The notes under the pieces were generated by a model. That model was given only the letters and a program-made list of their open reading frames with translations, made no database searches and was not told where the DNA came from. A DNA stretch of 43,679 bases from Octopus bimaculoides (taxonomy: Eukaryota), in assembly GCF_001194135.2 (NCBI RefSeq), contig NC_069000.1, forward strand, positions 20,802,910 to 20,846,588, given 5' to 3'. A program made the position numbers and the translations under genes. Positions 11,562-23,181 of this stretch are shown piece by piece. Positions within the stretch are counted from its first letter, which is position 1, and each line of letters starts with the position of its first letter.

Positions 11562-11574
11562 GTGTCTTGAGGAA

Positions 11575-11836
11575 TTTTTAGTCGTATGGATCGACCCCAT
11601 TATTTCTTATTTATTTTAAGCCTTGTACTCATTCTGTTGTCTCTTTTGCCGAACCGCTATGCTACGGGGACGTAAACACACCAAAACTGGTCGACAATCG
11701 TTAGTGGGGGACAAACACAGGCGCATATGTATATATATACGAAAGGCTTCTTTCCGTTTTCGTCAACCAAATCCGCTCACAAGACTTTGGTCGGCCCAAG
11801 GCTATAGTAGAAGACACCTGGCCAAGATGCGACGCA
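11575..11836 (-). mobile_element. SINE family 2, partial
   Basis: Reverse complement of the 20788-21203 body: TTTTGCCGAACCGCTA, GGGGACGTAAACAC, CAAATCCGCTCACAAGACTTTGGTCGGCCCAAGGCTATAGTAGAAGACAC. Confidence 0.85.
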
Positions 11837-11910
11837 TTGACGCACATACATACATACATACATACATACATACATACATACATACATACAGACAGACAGA
11901 CATACATAGA

Positions 11911-12190
11911 GATGGTGCGTGGTCTAGCCGTTAGGGTATTGCATTCACGATCGCATGGTCGTGTTCGCGATTTCCATACGGGGTATGTTCTTGAGTAAAA
12001 CACTTCATTTCCACGTTGCTTCTATCCACTCAATAGTAAATGTAAACGTAACCCAGTGACGTTCTGTTTAATAGGGAATGTTGGTCTGCTCGCCTCGCCA
12101 GGTGGGTAGCAGCATTCGAAAGCTACATAAATGTACCGAAGGGCATTGTGACCTGCGGTGTATAACAACATCCGATAGCCTGGTCGATAC
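11911..12190 (+). mobile_element. SINE family 3 variant (tRNA head, CORE-like TTCTTGAGTAAAACACTT)
   Basis: GGTGCGTGGTCTAGCCGTTAGGGT (A-box-like), CACGATCG, then TGTTCTTGAGTAAAACACTTCATTTCCACGTTGCT, matching 31785-31810. Confidence 0.65.
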
Positions 12191-12246
12191 CATTATATGC
12201 GTGTAGGCGGGGGTAGGACTATGTTTGCGTGTATGTATACATATAA

Positions 12247-12288
<42 letters not shown>

Positions 12289-13261
12289 NNNNNNNNNNNN
12301 NNNNNNNNNNNNNNNNNNNNNNNNNNNNNNNNNNNNNNNNNNNNNNNNNNNNNNNNNNNNNNNNNNNNNNNNNNNNNNNNNNNNNNNNNNNNNNNNNNNN
12401 NNNNNNNNNNNNNNNNNNNNNNNNNNNNNNNNNNNNNNNNNNNNNNNNNNNNNNNNNNNNNNNNNNNNNNNNNNNNNNNNNNNNNNNNNNNNNNNNNNNN
12501 NNNNNNNNNNNNNNNNNNNNNNNNNNNNNNNNNNNNNNNNNNNNNNNNNNNNNNNNNNNNNNNNNNNNNNNNNNNNNNNNNNNNNNNNNNNNNNNNNNNN
12601 NNNNNNNNNNNNNNNNNNNNNNNNNNNNNNNNNNNNNNNNNNNNNNNNNNNNNNNNNNNNNNNNNNNNNNNNNNNNNNNNNNNNNNNNNNNNNNNNNNNN
12701 NNNNNNNNNNNNNNNNNNNNNNNNNNNNNNNNNNNNNNNNNNNNNNNNNNNNNNNNNNNNNNNNNNNNNNNNNNNNNNNNNNNNNNNNNNNNNNNNNNNN
12801 NNNNNNNNNNNNNNNNNNNNNNNNNNNNNNNNNNNNNNNNNNNNNNNNNNNNNNNNNNNNNNNNNNNNNNNNNNNNNNNNNNNNNNNNNNNNNNNNNNNN
12901 NNNNNNNNNNNNNNNNNNNNNNNNNNNNNNNNNNNNNNNNNNNNNNNNNNNNNNNNNNNNNNNNNNNNNNNNNNNNNNNNNNNNNNNNNNNNNNNNNNNN
13001 NNNNNNNNNNNNNNNNNNNNNNNNNNNNNNNNNNNNNNNNNNNNNNNNNNNNNNNNNNNNNNNNNNNNNNNNNNNNNNNNNNNNNNNNNNNNNNNNNNNN
13101 NNNNNNNNNNNNNNNNNNNNNNNNNNNNNNNNNNNNNNNNNNNNNNNNNNNNNNNNNNNNNNNNNNNNNNNNNNNNNNNNNNNNNNNNNNNNNNNNNNNN
13201 NNNNNNNNNNNNNNNNNNNNNNNNNNNNNNNNNNNNNNNNNNNNNNNNNNNNNNNNNNNNN

Positions 13262-13297
13262 ATAATAATAATTATAACAATAATAGTAGTAGTAGTA

Positions 13298-13334
<37 letters not shown>

Positions 13335-13405
13335 CAACAATAATAGTAACAACAATAATAATAATAATAATAATAATAATTATAACAATAATAGTAGTAG
13401 TAGTA

Positions 13406-13439
<34 letters not shown>

Positions 13440-13461
13440 CAACAATAATAGTAACAACAAC

Positions 13462-13510
<49 letters not shown>
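13262..13510. repeat. Higher-order (AAT/AGT/AAC) microsatellite, ~117-bp unit present twice
   Basis: The interruption pattern ATTATAACAATAATAGTAGTAGTAGTAGT...AACAACAACAATAATAGTAACAAC recurs at ~13270 and ~13380. Confidence 0.8.
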
Positions 13511-13512
<2 letters not shown>

Positions 13513-13768
13513 CCCTTCTATCATGGGCACGAAAAACACTGGTAACGTGAAAATATATCATTTCCTTAGAACTCTTTCAAAATCGAAAATATTACAAATT
13601 CATCATAATCTTCTTACTTTTCACAATCTGGCTTCCTTTCTTTGGAATATATCATTACTAATTTAAAACAATACCCTCAGTTACAAAATCCAACTACCTG
13701 TTACTTGGCGAGTCTGGATAAGACTTGGAACAGTTCGTATAAAACAAAACAGCGACATAGATGACAAA

Positions 13769-13841
<73 letters not shown>

Positions 13842-13851
13842 NNNNNNNNNN

Positions 13852-13895
<44 letters not shown>

Positions 13896-13917
13896 CAACA
13901 ACAACAACAAAAATAAA

Positions 13918-13971
<54 letters not shown>

Positions 13972-14002
13972 CCCTTCTACCATGGGCACCAAGCGTAAGA
14001 TT

Positions 14003-14003
<1 letters not shown>

Positions 14004-14033
<30 letters not shown>

Positions 14034-14176
14034 AAGAAGAAGAAGAAGAAGAAGAAGAAGAAGAAGAAGAAGAAGAAGAAGAAGAAGAAGAAGAAGAAGA
14101 AGAAGAAAACGAAGAAGAAGAAGAAGAAGAAGAAGAAGAAGAAGAAGAAGAAGAAGAAGAAGAAGAAGAAGAAGAA
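14004..14176. repeat. (AAG)n array
   Basis: Direct inspection; lies between the SINE tail piece (13971-13990) and the SINE body (14195-14371). Confidence 0.95.
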
Positions 14177-14194
14177 TTTCAGATTTTGGGACAT

Positions 14195-14371
14195 TTTGGC
14201 ACATTTTGCGGGAGTGAGTATGTCGATTACATCTACCCTACTTATTTTATCGCCCCGAAACGATGAAATGCATATTCGACTTTGATGGAATTTGAACAAG
14301 GAACGTGAAGACGGACGAAATACCGCTAAGCATTTCACCCGACGTGCTAACGATTCTGCTAGCTCGCCGCC
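14195..14371 (-). mobile_element. SINE family 1
   Basis: GACGGACGAAATACCGCTAAGCATTTCACCCGACGTGCTAACGATTCTGCTAGCTCGCCGCC is the reverse complement of the family head. Confidence 0.88.
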
Positions 14372-14382
14372 AGCACCGCAAA

Positions 14383-14525
14383 AATACTTTGCGATATTTG
14401 TTCCGGCTTTTTACATTCCAAGTTCAAATCCTGCCGCAGTCAACTACGCTTTTTATCCATTCGGTGTCGATAAAATACACAAGTGAGGTCATAAGTTCGA
14501 TAGCGTCGACCTACCCCAACCTTAA
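14383..14525 (+). mobile_element. SINE family 1, diverged, head-to-head with the previous copy
   Basis: AAGTTCAAATCCTGCCGCAGTCAACTACGCTTTTTATCCATTCGGTGTCGATAAAATA = B-box plus central domain. Confidence 0.7.
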
Positions 14526-14583
14526 AAAATGTTGACTTCGGATACTATCATTATCATCACCATCATCATTCTTCTTCTTCTTC

Positions 14584-14667
<84 letters not shown>

Positions 14668-16784
14668 GCAGAAGCAGCAACAGCATAATCACTTACCTTT
14701 CTTGTTTGATTTTTTAAAATCCAACATTGTTCACTTCTCTTGCGCATCAAAAAGCAAGTGTGAAAATTGCGAAAGAGTTTGAAAGAGAGGAAATGAGTAG
14801 GAAGAGAGAGAGACACTGAAGAAGACTGTGACGAAATTTGAAAGAAAGAAGGACAGAAAAAGGGATAAGAGATGGAGTGAGGGGCATGGAAGAGTAACAG
14901 ATGAACGAGAGTGAGAGTAAAGATGTGTGCGAAAGTGATTTCAGTGTGAGTGAGAACGAGTGGTAGAGAGAGAGCGAGAAGAGAGGCAGAAAGGTGTCTC
15001 TCGAAAAAAAGATGAGAAAAAGGAAAAGAGAAAGTGAAAGTGAAAGTTGAAAAAGTAAGAGGAAAATAAGATCGAGAATCAGAGAATCAAAGAATCAGAT
15101 TCTCTGACAGGAATAGATATCGGCAGGAATGGAGAAAGCAGGGAGCAAAATAAAGGAGGGGCTGACAGATTTTTTAAAGAGTTATATGTAGTGAAGAGAG
15201 TGGCTGAGAGTTTTTCAATATTTTCTCCACATACGGATTCTCGGACAGAGTAGTAGACAGGCAGTGAGAGACGTGAAGGATGGGAGAGGGTGAGAAATAG
15301 TCAGCTAACGACATGGATAGAGAGAGAAAGGCGAGTGGAGGATTATAAGAATAGAAAAGAGGTGTATGTATATGTGCGAGGGTATGCGTGCGCGAGTGGG
15401 TGTAAGTGTGCATATGTGCGTGTGTGTGTATGATGGAGAATAATCTAGCATATTTCTACCCGAAGGACTTGAGCGTTTATAAATGTGTTCATATATACAC
15501 GCGTATGTGTGTGTGCGCGAGTGTGTATGCGTATGTATGTTTTGATGTATTATGTATGTATATGTATGTATATATATAAATATATGCATGTATGTATACA
15601 TACATATATGTATGTAAATATATATATTATACATATGTCACATATACATATATATATATAAATATTATATTTTCATATATATATGTATGTGACGTGTGTG
15701 TGCATCTGTTTGTATGTATATATATTATGAATATATATATATAATATATATATATNNNNNNNNNNNNNNNNNNNNNNNNNNNNNNNNNNNNNNNNNNNNN
15801 NNNNNNNNNNNNNNNNNNNNNNNNNNNNNNNNNNNNNNNNNNNNNNNNNNNNNNNNNNNNNNNNNNNNNNNNNNNNNNNNNNNNNNNNNNNNNNNNNNNN
15901 NNNNNNNNNNNNNNNNNNNNNNNNNNNNNNNNNNNNNNNNNNNNNNNNNNNNNNNNNNNNNNNNNNNNNNNNNNNNNNNNNNNNNNNNNNNNNNNNNNNN
16001 NNNNNNNNNNNNNNNNNNNNNNNNNNNNNNNNNNNNNNNNNNNNNNNNNNNNNNNNNNNNNNNNNNNNNNNNNNNNNNNNNNNNNNNNNNNNNNNNNNNN
16101 NNNNNNNNNNNNNNNNNNNNNNNNNNNNNNNNNNNNNNNNNNNNNNNNNNNNNNNNNNNNNNNNNNNNNNNNNNNNNNNNNNNNNNNNNNNNNNNNNNNN
16201 NNNNNNNNNNNNNNNNNNNNNNNNNNNNNNNNNNNNNNNNNNNNNNNNNNNNNNNNNNNNNNNNNNNNNNNNNNNNNNNNNNNNNNNNNNNNNNNNNNNN
16301 NNNNNNNNNNNNNNNNNNNNNNNNNNNNNNNNNNNNNNNNNNNNNNNNNNNNNNNNNNNNNNNNNNNNNNNNNNNNNNNNNNNNNNNNNNNNNNNNNNNN
16401 NNNNNNNNNNNNNNNNNNNNNNNNNNNNNNNNNNNNNNNNNNNNNNNNNNNNNNNNNNNNNNNNNNNNNNNNNNNNNNNNNNNNNNNNNNNNNNNNNNNN
16501 NNNNNNNNNNNNNNNNNNNNNNNNNNNNNNNNNNNNNNNNNNNNNNNNNNNATATATACTCTAACACACGGACACACATATACGTAAGTGTCTTTCTCCC
16601 GTAATTATCTATCATTTTTCTCTCTGTCTTCTTATTCTACCCTGTACCTCTTTTAGTTTGTCTCTTAAAATACCCAAGTCTTTCGGGTGGAAAAGTATGC
16701 GAAATTCATCTCAACTACAACACCCAACACACACATACACACACACACACACATACACACATACACACACACACNNNNNNNNNN

Positions 16785-16826
<42 letters not shown>

Positions 16827-17193
16827 GCACAACTGCGCACACAAAGGTACACAACTCTTACACGAAAGCCAACGAGGGAGCATCTTCATAGGCGCTCATT
16901 CTGCAAAGGTACAACGCAAAAACCCTTTAAATCGCTTCATACTATCTGAAATAAAGAAACTGCATATTATGTAATACACCCAAACCGACGTGATGGTCGA
17001 TATTGGAATGCATTTAAGCCTCGGTCTGTTCCATCAGAGTTTGCCTTTGATGAAAGCACAAACGCAAAGCCACAGTCACAGCACTTGAACACAAGCGCAT
17101 ACACACGATATACACATCAAGTATACACAATTCTTCGGCAGAAATATATTTCTGTCTGCACACACGCATTCAGCCTGTATGTGTAACTGTACC

Positions 17194-17194
<1 letters not shown>

Positions 17195-17224
<30 letters not shown>

Positions 17225-17370
17225 CTTCTTCTTCTTCTTCTTCTCCTTCTTCTTCTTCTTCTTCTACTCGTCCTCCCCTTCCTTCTTCTTCTTCTTCTTC
17301 TTCTTCTCCTCCTCTTCCTTCTTCTTCTTCTTCTTCTTCTTCTCCTCCTCTTCCTTCTTCTTCTTCTTCT

Positions 17371-17405
<35 letters not shown>

Positions 17406-17420
17406 TTCTTCTTCATCATC
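17195..17420. repeat. (TTC/TCC)n array followed by (TA)n
   Basis: Direct inspection; source of the poly-S ORF. Confidence 0.95.
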
Positions 17421-17494
17421 ATCTTTCCCTTCCTCTTCCTATCTCTCTCACTTCTCTTTCTCTCTCAACTGTACGGATACACAGACACACAAAC

Positions 17495-17587
<93 letters not shown>

Positions 17588-17862
17588 ACATATATATATA
17601 TATACGTGCGAACTTTTATCATCCATCCATACATGCATACATACATACTTTCATACATCCATACATAGTTCTATCTATTGACAGCGAATTTCTATAAGCG
17701 CGTCCGCGCGCATTCGACAGTTTTAGCGAGAGTTCGAATACATGCACACACAGGCATGAACACATGAACATATATATACATGCAAACTTTGCACTGTGTG
17801 TGTGTATACACAGCGATATAAATAAATATAGTAGCCTCCGCGCGCGCTCGCACGTGCAGACA

Positions 17863-17941
<79 letters not shown>

Positions 17942-18382
17942 GGTACACTTATGCAGCGAGACACGGAAACATCCACAACCGCACTACACCTTCTCATAGC
18001 CTTTTCAATCATGCCTACATAAGGGTACATAAGGGTATACATAATCATGCCTACATAAGGGTATACAGAAATACGTAATTTTAAAACGTACATACATGCA
18101 TACATACATATATACATACGAACATACAAAAACATTTTGTTACAACATTCACAGAGAGGTTTAATTTTCAATTATTTGCAGTTATACATACATACATACA
18201 TACATACATACATACGTATGTACATAAATACATACTTGCAAGCACATATATGTATATATGTATGTGAGTGTGAATGTGCATGTGTGTGTGCGCGCGCGTG
18301 TATTTGCATGTATGTATGTATGTATGTATATACACATATACACTTACAGACATATATACATACAGGCATATATAAATACATA

Positions 18383-19277
18383 CAGGTGCAATGGGTAAAT
18401 TGTCACCATTTTATATTTTGGGATTACACGCATACGCATTGCTCGTTTTTAATTTTGTCGACTACATAGTATAGTGGGGTCAGTTGGGCACTGTCTGTGA
18501 GAAAAACACCACCATGACGCAATTCACTCTGCCAGGAATTTGGAAACGATATGCTGTACTGCTTGTTCCAGTACTTCGCGCCGGAAGTTCCAATACGAAC
18601 ATTTGAGTGTTTGCGTGGCAATCTGAGGACAGTGCAATCTGAGCACGTGTAGCGTGAGTAATAAAAATCAAACATCCAGTCAACATCATGATGTTTAGAG
18701 TGACCGATAGTGATAGCGAGGTTATGCCTCCATCCATTTTCTCCCACGGCCTCACACTCAACACAGAGGCCTATATCAAGTGGCTAGAGGAGATAATGCT
18801 GCCCTCGGTGAAGAGAGTGGCTGCTGGAAGACTCTATGTCTGGCAACAGGACTCTGCACCATATCACACAAGCAGGAGAACTCAGTCATGGCTGTCAGAC
18901 AATTTCTGCAACCTCATCACCTCAAACATCTGGCCACCTAACTCCCCACACTGCAACCGCCTTCATTATTATGTGTGGGGCGCAGTTGAGTGAGAGACCA
19001 ACAAAACTCCTTGTAACACCGAGGATAAACTGAAGGCAAGGACTATGGCAGCATTCACCAACTTAAACAAGGAGACCTTCCAGAAGAGTTGCAGGAGATT
19101 TCTACGTCATCTGGAGGCCGTGGTTGAAGCCAATGACGATTTTACTGAATAAATTTACTCTTTAGTATTTGAAGATATTTTTATATAATTTTGGTAAATA
19201 TATCTGTTAAAATGAGATGTCAGTGTTGTTTTCATTTTTGCGTAATTTAGAGGACAGTTTTTTTTCACAGCACCCTG
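18383..19277 (+). mobile_element. maT-family (DD37D) Tc1/mariner transposon, internally deleted, both ends present
   Basis: ORF 18688-18993: WQQDSAPYHTSRRTQSWLSDNFCNLITSNIWPPNSPHCNRLHYYVWG, with 37 residues from the QQD Asp to the third catalytic position (here His, a GAT>CAT change inferred). After a TGA it continues ...KSCRRFLRHLEAVVEANDDFTE*. Imperfect TIRs TA|CAGGTGCAATGGGTAAATTGTC and GACAGTTTTTTTTCACAGCACCCTG|TA. Confidence 0.9.
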
Positions 19278-19322
19278 TAGATATATATATATTAACATAT
19301 ATGTGTGTGTGTATGTATGTAT

Positions 19323-19492
19323 CTCTTACTTGTTTGAGGCATTGTACTGCAGCCATGTTGAAGCACTACTATAAAGGGTTTAGCTGAAGAAATCCACCCC
19401 AGTACCTTTTCTTTTAATTATTTTACCGGTCACTTTATGCGTGACCGCCAAGTTGCGGGGTTGTAAACAAACCATCAGCGGTTGTCGAGCGA
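19323..19492 (-). mobile_element. SINE family 2, 3' half
   Basis: CTCTTACTTGTTT...GCAGCCATGTTGAAGCAC...ACCCCAGTAC...GACCGCCAAGTTGCGGGG...AAACAAACCATCAGCGGTTGTCGAGCG is the reverse complement of the family 3' body. Confidence 0.75.
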
Positions 19493-20499
19493 ATGTGGAG
19501 AACGTGCACAAGATTGCATGCACATCGATACACGCACAGATACATACACATCTTATATATGTCATAAGAACTTTCTAGAAAATGTCAGCTAACCCTTGTG
19601 TGAAGAAACACACAAAGCTGTCATAATAACGAGTTGAAAAACGCTTTTTCTACCGAAAAGGGTCTTTCATCCCATGCTCACAGGTTATTATCCATAGCTC
19701 TATGTGTGTGCTACGAGATGCTCCCCAAATAAGAATACACACACACACATGTACANNNNNNNNNNNNNNNNNNNNNNNNNNNNNNNNNNNNNNNNNNNNN
19801 NNNNNNNNNNNNNNNNNNNNNNNNNNNNNNNNNNNNNNNNNNNNNNNNNNNNNNNNNNNNNNNNNNNNNNNNNNNNNNNNNNNNNNNNNNNNNNNNNNNN
19901 NNNNNNNNNNNNNNNNNNNNNNNNNNNNNNNNNNNNNNNNNNNNNNNNNNNNNNNNNNNNNNNNNNNNNNNNNNNNNNNNNNNNNNNNNNNNNNNNNNNN
20001 NNNNNNNNNNNNNNNNNNNNNNNNNNNNNNNNNNNNNNNNNNNNNNNNNNNNNNNNNNNNNNNNNNNNNNNNNNNNNNNNNNNNNNNNNNNNNNNNNNNN
20101 NNNNNNNNNNNNNNNNNNNNNNNNNNNNNNNNNNNNNNNNNNNNNNNNNNNNNNNNNNNNNNNNNNNNNNNNNNNNNNNNNNNNNNNNNNNNNNNNNNNN
20201 NNNNNNNNNNNNNNNNNNNNNNNNNNNNNNNNNNNNNNNNNNNNNNNNNNNNNNNNNNNNNNNNNNNNNNNNNNNNNNNNNNNNNNNNNNNNNNNNNNNN
20301 NNNNNNNNNNNNNNNNNNNNNNNNNNNNNNNNNNNNNNNNNNNNNNNNNNNNNNNNNNNNNNNNNNNNNNNNNNNNNNNNNNNNNNNNNNNNNNNNNNNN
20401 NNNNNNNNNNNNNNNNNNNNNNNNNNNNNNNNNCGCTGGCTGCTGCTGTTGTCGTGTGGTACACGGAACAGTTCTCAAAGAGAAACTGGACCGAGACGA

Positions 20500-20760
20500 A
20501 TTTGGCTGCCGAGTTAAAGCTATTTATAACAAACTATTGGCTCACCAGATGGTAGAAATATTCTCCATCACGTGACCTTACTAGGGGCCGTGATTGGTCA
20601 GTTTGCGTTCTGGCGGGAACGGTTCGAAGAAGTTGCCGATTCGAATAATGATCAGTCACGTGATGGACAAGGAATGGGTTCTCTACTACGCTCGCATTTA
20701 TTTATATTTAAATGAGAAGATTGTATGTAATGGCGATAGTAGTTTGTATCTAATGGCGGG
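20500..20760 (-). promoter_or_regulatory. Putative Pol II promoter region (TATA, CCAAT x2, E-box x2, E2F-like), possibly bidirectional
   Basis: Minus-strand TATAAATA at 20528-20521 and Inr-like CCAAATT ~25 nt downstream (20503). ATTGG at 20536 and 20593, TCACGTGA at 20568 and 20656, TGGCGGGAA at 20611, TAATGGCG twice. Non-repetitive and CpG-richer than its surroundings. Motif evidence only. Confidence 0.4.
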
Positions 20761-20787
20761 AGGTAGTTTCACTACATATATATATAT

Positions 20788-21203
20788 GGCGCAGGCGTGG
20801 CTGTGTGATAAGAAGCTAGCTTCCCAACCATAAGGTTCCAGGTTCAGCGCCACTTTGTGGCATCTAGTCTTCTACTATAGCCTCGGGCTGACCAAAGCCC
20901 TGTGAATGGATTTGGTAGACGGAAACTGAAAAGAAGCCCGTCGTATATATGCACATATGTTTATGTGTGTCTTTGTATCTGTGTTTGTCCCTCCCCTCAT
21001 CACCGCTTGACAACCGGTGTTGATGTATTTACCTCCTCGTAGCCTACCGGTTCGGCAAAAGTGACCGATAGAATCAGTACTAGGCTTACAAAGAATAAAT
21101 CTCGGAGTCGATTTTTTTCGTTTGCTCGACTAAAACCACTTCAAGGTGGTGCTTCAGTCTGGCCGCAGTCAAATGGCTGAAGCATGTAAAAGAATAAAAG
21201 AAT
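20788..21203 (+). mobile_element. SINE family 2, full length
   Basis: tRNA-like head GGCGCAGGCGTGGCTGTGTGATAAG...GGTTCAGCGCC, body CTATAGCCTCGGGCTGACCAAAGCC...GGAAACTGAAAAGAAGCCCGTCG, internal (TA/TG) tract, and tail GGCCGCAGTCAAATGGCTGAAGCATGTAAAAGAATAAAAGAAT. Confidence 0.9.
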
Positions 21204-21924
21204 GTATAGATATACACAGACATACAAGCATCCATCCATACACACAGATATATATATATATATATATATGCTCACATACACGTAAGTACACATACGCATA
21301 CGTGTTCCCTCAGAAATAAACCAAAAATATACAATGAAATACTGCTCGCATTTTTAATCATACTTATGCAGTGCAGTGATATATCGAAATAAAGTGGCGT
21401 ACCCAGCCTCTCACAAAAATTAACTTTCAAACTACCACACGCACACACATACACACAGCTGTCGAGAACAGCGAAACAGCAAGCGGCTTTACATAATGAC
21501 TTCAACGTTAATATTAGGAAAGACAATATGATGTAATATTCGGCGTGTAGGCTGTAGAAGATATTAAAATTCGGGGATTTGTTTTTTCTTACACATTCTG
21601 TCTGTTTATCCGTCTGTCTGACGCTTTCTCTCTCTCTCTCTATCTCTATCTCTCTCTCTCTCTGTCTCTCTCTCTCTCTCTCTCACTCGCTCTCGCTCTC
21701 TCCCTCCCTCTCTCTCCTTCTCTGTCTATCCGTCCCTCTCTTTTTGTATGTATGTTTTTATACATGCAAGTATGTATGTATGTATGGCTTTGTGTGTATG
21801 TGTGTGTGTTTGTGTGTGCATGCATGAGTATGTATGAGTAAACTTATCAGTTGAACAACCTCACTAGAACTGTCTAGCCACAACTCAGTCGGTTACATGC
21901 TCAGACTTTTCTGGTAAGTTCAGA

Positions 21925-22087
21925 GGTAAGCTGAAGCTGTGTGATAAGGAATTTGCTTTCCAGTCACATGGTTTGGGGATAAGTCTCACTACGTGGCACC
22001 TCGGACAGGTGACTTCAGCTATAGCTTCAGGTCGATCAAAACTTTGTGAGTGGATTTAGTAGAGGGAAACTAAAAGAATCCCGTCGT
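21925..22087 (+). mobile_element. SINE family 2, 5' half
   Basis: Collinear with 20788-20945. Confidence 0.8.
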
Positions 22088-22131
22088 TAATATATACAAT
22101 ATGCATGCGTGAGAGTGTATGTGTGTAATTA

Positions 22132-22166
<35 letters not shown>

Positions 22167-22764
22167 TATAGATATATATATATATATATATATNNNNNNN
22201 NNNNNNNNNNNNNNNNNNNNNNNNNNNNNNNNNNNNNNNNNNNNNNNNNNNNNNNNNNNNNNNNNNNNNNNNNNNNNNNNNNNNNNNNNNNNNNNNNNNN
22301 NNNNNNNNNNNNNNNNNNNNNNNNNNNNNNNNNNNNNNNNNNNNNNNNNNNNNNNNNNNNNNNNNNNNNNNNNNNNNNNNNNNNNNNNNNNNNNNNNNNN
22401 NNNNNNNNNNNNNNNNNNNNNNNNNNNNNNNNNNNNNNNNNNNNNNNNNNNNNNNNNNNNNNNNNNNNNNNNNNNNNNNNNNNNNNNNNNNNNNNNNNNN
22501 NNNNNNNNNNNNNNNNNNNNNNNNNNNNNNNNNNNNNNNNNNNNNNNNNNNNNNNNNNNNNNNNNNNNNNNNNNNNNNNNNNNNNNNNNNNNNNNNNNNN
22601 NNNNNNNNATGCCATGTGCCATGCTTTCAGTAATTGTTCAAGGTGCTTGAGAAAACGCGGAACACGAAGGATGCGACAGCTGGAGGTAAAGAGGTCTGTT
22701 GTAGTACTAGGATCATAAGAACTCTTCAGCTGAATATATTTCACGTGAAGGGAAGCGTTCTGCT

Positions 22765-22815
22765 CAACAACTCAACGTGACGCCAGTCCAAGAAATTGAA
22801 CCCACAACCTTACCA
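22765..22815 (-). mobile_element. SINE family 3 head fragment
   Basis: Minus strand AGAGCGTTGGGCTCACGATGGTAAGGTTGTGGGTTCAATTTC (tRNA-like B-box). Confidence 0.55.
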
Positions 22816-22917
22816 TCGTGAGCCCAACGCTCTAATTACATGTATGTATGTATGTATGTATGTATGTATGTATGTATGTATGTATGCATCATATAGGTAT
22901 GTATTACGTATATATTG

Positions 22918-23165
22918 TCTGGCCGGTGGCAACTAAACCCGCAACCCTATCAAACCTACTTGGTAATGTGGGTTGTTTTCATGGGACATCTGAAGACGAA
23001 AAACAAAGCCTGTTAAAGAGCAACTGAATTCAGTAGAGTTAACCGCCATCCAGTAACTGGGAGTGACAGACCGCCTAGGCTTTGTTCAGCCGTCTCTCTA
23101 TGAGAATGAAAACTCTGATATAATCCCTGCGACTTCGTTTGTATCCAATGGTGTAGACTAGTTCT
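22918..23165 (+). mobile_element. Probable RTE-clade LINE 5'-region fragment
   Basis: Contains CTCTATGAGAATGAAAACTCTGATATAATCC, resembling the GGAGAAGGAAAACTCTG..AAACC segment I recall from RTE 5' regions; no coding motif. Confidence 0.35.
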
Positions 23166-23181
23166 TCATTTTCTGCAAAAG

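Noticed and set aside
14780-15360. Long purine-rich tract (H-DNA candidate)
   Set aside because: Irregular (GA)-rich low complexity without a clear mirror repeat; common in this genome type.
20788-20860. tRNA-like heads here and at 2520-2583, 11911, 31532 and 33500-33560 as tRNA genes
   Set aside because: Each continues into a shared SINE body and lacks a full cloverleaf; these are SINE promoters.
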